Below, in pieces: positions 61,701-64,000 of a DNA stretch of 64,000 bases (position 1 is its first letter; each line of letters begins with the position of its first letter). The stretch comes from Marsupella aquatica. Taxonomy: Eukaryota; Plantae; Marchantiophyta. The DNA lies in NCBI GenBank assembly GCA_973895155.1, contig OZ316894.1:10278379-10342378 (forward strand), in the 5' to 3' direction. Below the pieces are notes generated by a model. The model did not search any database and was not told the origin of the DNA. It worked only from the letters and a program-made list of their open reading frames with translations. The position numbers were made by a program, and so were the translations under genes.

Positions 61701-64000
61701 ATTGGATCGTTGTTGTGCAATGGTGGACACTGGATATTTCAAGAGCCTTGTGAAGGTGTCACTAAAAGCAGAGATGCCGGAGCCACTGAAAAATAGGTTG
61801 AGAAATATTCACCAAAAGAGGTTTGGCGGCCATCTCCGCGCAAGGATGGATCCTTACCGAGTTTTCTATACTGGAAATCTGCTCGCGTCTACTGATCCTC
61901 CTTTTGATTCGGCTAGCTGCAAGGAGTCAATATTGGCATCTCTAGCCATTGTTGATTTGACCCATACTGGAAAACCGGTTTGGACGCAGTCCGAAATCTT
62001 GAACTTCTTGAAGATCGTCGTGAATATCCCAACAAATGATCTGGTAACAGTTGTTTTTTTTGTTCGTCCTGGTATTATTCTTGCAAGAATAATTGAAGTT
62101 GTTTGAGATCTCCCGGAGAACTATAATGCGCACCTTGAATATGGTTCGTTCATGAGGAGTTCTATGGTTAATGCTCCTTTGCAACACATGAGAGGCCATG
62201 CGGACATGGTTCTTTTCCTTGGCGTCTCCCAAGATCGGGTTCCTGATTGGGAAAAGCATTTCAAGGATTTTACCGGTCACTTTGTGTTGGAGGAGTCCGA
62301 CCTCGAGGAGACAATCAAGCCAAGTCGAGAGGATTATTCCGATATTTCGAAGAATGATATGCAGGAGAAAAAAAGGGACACATTGATCTCACGACTTGAA
62401 GGCCTTGTTCCTTTCAAATTGACGACTAGACGGCCATTCACATTGAATATTAAGCCCAGTCGCATCCTACAGAGTTTTATTCATGCATTTTCGAGGGAGG
62501 AAATTGTCCTGGATTTTTTCACAGGAGGGCAGGTACTGAAGAATGCATTGATGCTTGAGCGTGAGTGTTTTTCATTCTGCTCTGACCATGAGGATGTCTC
62601 TGACCTCACGGCTTATGCAGAGAATCTTAAAGTGTTAGTTCCGGTTGCACAATTTGCCAAATCATTGTGGAAACCTCCTGGCCTTGAAGGGAGTTCGACT
62701 CATAACTCCAATGCTAGTGGAGCAAAAGAGGGCCAGCATTATCAGATTGTCGGTACAGTTTTACATTACGCCGGGGTGGAAGCGGAGGAAAAGTTTATAA
62801 GTTCCATTGGGGAGATGAGTATTGGTCCATCAGTCGTTCCAATTGCAAGTTGCGAAGGATTTCCTCTTGTAATGGCTGAAGGAGGTTATGGTTTGGCAGA
62901 TAATTCTGAAAACTTACAGGCGGGCACGGGGTTGATTGCGTTCAACGAAAATCTGGAAGATGTTGTGGATGATGTCTCCCTACACACGTATCATGTAGAT
63001 CCTCCAGGGTTAGAGTGCAACAGAGGTGTTGAGCAATCTCTTCTGGTTGATGCTTCAGTTCTTCGAAGTGGCCCAGTTTTTGATGATTGTGAGGCAAAAA
63101 ATACACTCAAGGATGTCGAGAAGGGGGTGGTGGATTGTGGACCCTTAAAAGAGATTGTTGTGGAGGAGGTTGGGATTGTGGAAAAAGATCACACTCCGAT
63201 TGAATTTCAATGCGATGACAATGTTGACTCTCGTAGCGCTGAAGTAACAGGAGAGAATGATAACTCATTTTCTCTCACAGCGAATCCAGAGGTGTCAGAG
63301 AGGCGAGTCGATTGTGCGGAGGCAACCAATGAGGCAGGTGCCAATTTCCTCTCTCTTGTCTCAAGTCATAAAGTTCTAAGCATAAACAAATGTCCTCTCC
63401 CATCTCCGGATCCAATGGATAACAAAATGAGGATTGACAATTGCCTCAGTGATGTTTTGGATCAGGATGCGGTTCTAGTCAGGACTAATGGGTGCCTAAT
63501 AACTCGTGGACAATGATTTCTGCGCGAGACGCGTGTAGAGGGATACAGACGGGGTATTTGATTTCAAGTGGTCTTTGGTCAAGATTGTTGCAATGACTAA
63601 CCATCCGGACTCGATATTTTTATGTTTGCAGAGTTTGTTCCCAAACTCCACTCAGAGATCAAGCGAAAGCTCTTGATTTTTGACCTTAATAAGGTTTGTT
63701 TTGATTCCGTAAAGAGTAAAAGCTCCGGACCATTTCGGAGGCTCACATCTGTGAGGGGCGTTCACTGGGGAAGACGGGGCGGGAACACATTTATGTATGT
63801 GGAGCGTCCAGGACTTCACAAATTTTTGCAAGTGATTTTCAAGTATTACGATGTCGCGATATGGACTTGCGCGGGAAGGCCGAGAACAAATGAAATGATG
63901 GATCTTGTTTTCAACGATGCTGAACGAAAGCAGTTCAAGTTTGTATCACCCAAGAAGAAACGTTTGACACTGGCTTTTTGAGGTCAGATATTACGGATGG
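58717..64000 (+). pseudogene. Large multi-exon gene: unknown N-domain - acidic/K-rich linker - ParB-like - helical - degenerate N6/N4-MTase-like - FCP1/NIF-like (runs off window)
   Basis: ParB-like: FFSVPVENIHPP...NERLLNEEHVNHLAQLM...PADLV...FAISGQHSTMAA. MTase-like: LAIVDLT...NIKPSRILQSFIHAFSREEIVLDFFTGG...LERECFSF. After the acceptor at ~63630: KRKLLIFDLNKV...ERPGLHKFLQVIFKYYDVAIWTCA. Stops at 60509, 60925 and 62104; frameshift at ~59720. Confidence 0.7.

Larger units (their letters stand above)
52121..63539. repeat. Dispersed 21-bp palindrome TCTACRCGAG-N-CTCGYGTAGA (~17 copies)
   Basis: Copies near 52121, 52311, 52468, 52697, 52812, 54158, 56202, 56328, 56497, 56666, 56835, 57710, 57804 (perfect), 57856, 58637, 61155 and 63519. 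Confidence 0.85.

Noticed and set aside
52843-62110. TGA readthrough or alternative genetic code
   Set aside because: Frameshifts and TAG stops co-occur, and neighbouring host genes use TGA as stop; CGA->TGA decay is simpler.
40412-64000. Bacterial/phage contamination or giant-virus insert
   Set aside because: The genes have spliceosomal introns, plant TEs are nested in them, and no viral core genes are seen.

Overview
Eukaryotic, intron-containing land-plant DNA, probably a bryophyte or other non-seed plant (inferred from gene content). Left 15 kb: host genes, namely the 3' part of a divergent PIN auxin-efflux carrier, a PIN remnant, a 6-exon DJ-1/PfpI (Hsp31-like) gene and a multi-intron DUF262 (GmrS/ParB-Srx fold) gene with a transit-peptide-like N-terminus. 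16-44 kb: nested decayed transposons around a small secreted-protein gene. These include a Ty3/gypsy (Tat-like) element whose ~4-kb LTR itself contains ORFs (truncated 5' LTR + tRNA-Asn PBS + gag, plus a solo LTR with TSD), a related antisense LTR remnant, a Mutator-like non-autonomous element and three 8-bp-TSD MITEs. 40-64 kb is the most interesting part: a Sola1-like DDD transposase lies among three paralogous (ParB-like)-helical-N6/N4 DNA-methyltransferase-like genes. Two of these appear spliced to an FCP1/NIF phosphatase-like domain, and one also carries a ULP1 SUMO protease. A 21-bp palindrome (TCTACRCGAG-N-CTCGYGTAGA) recurs about 17 times, mainly in introns and intergenic DNA of 52-63.5 kb, and in a 169-bp tandem array. 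This looks like a large transposon carrying its own sequence-specific chromatin/DNA-modification module. Copies here are pseudogenised, often by C->T-type stops. All domain calls are by-eye motif recognition; element ends for the large transposon(s) were not found.
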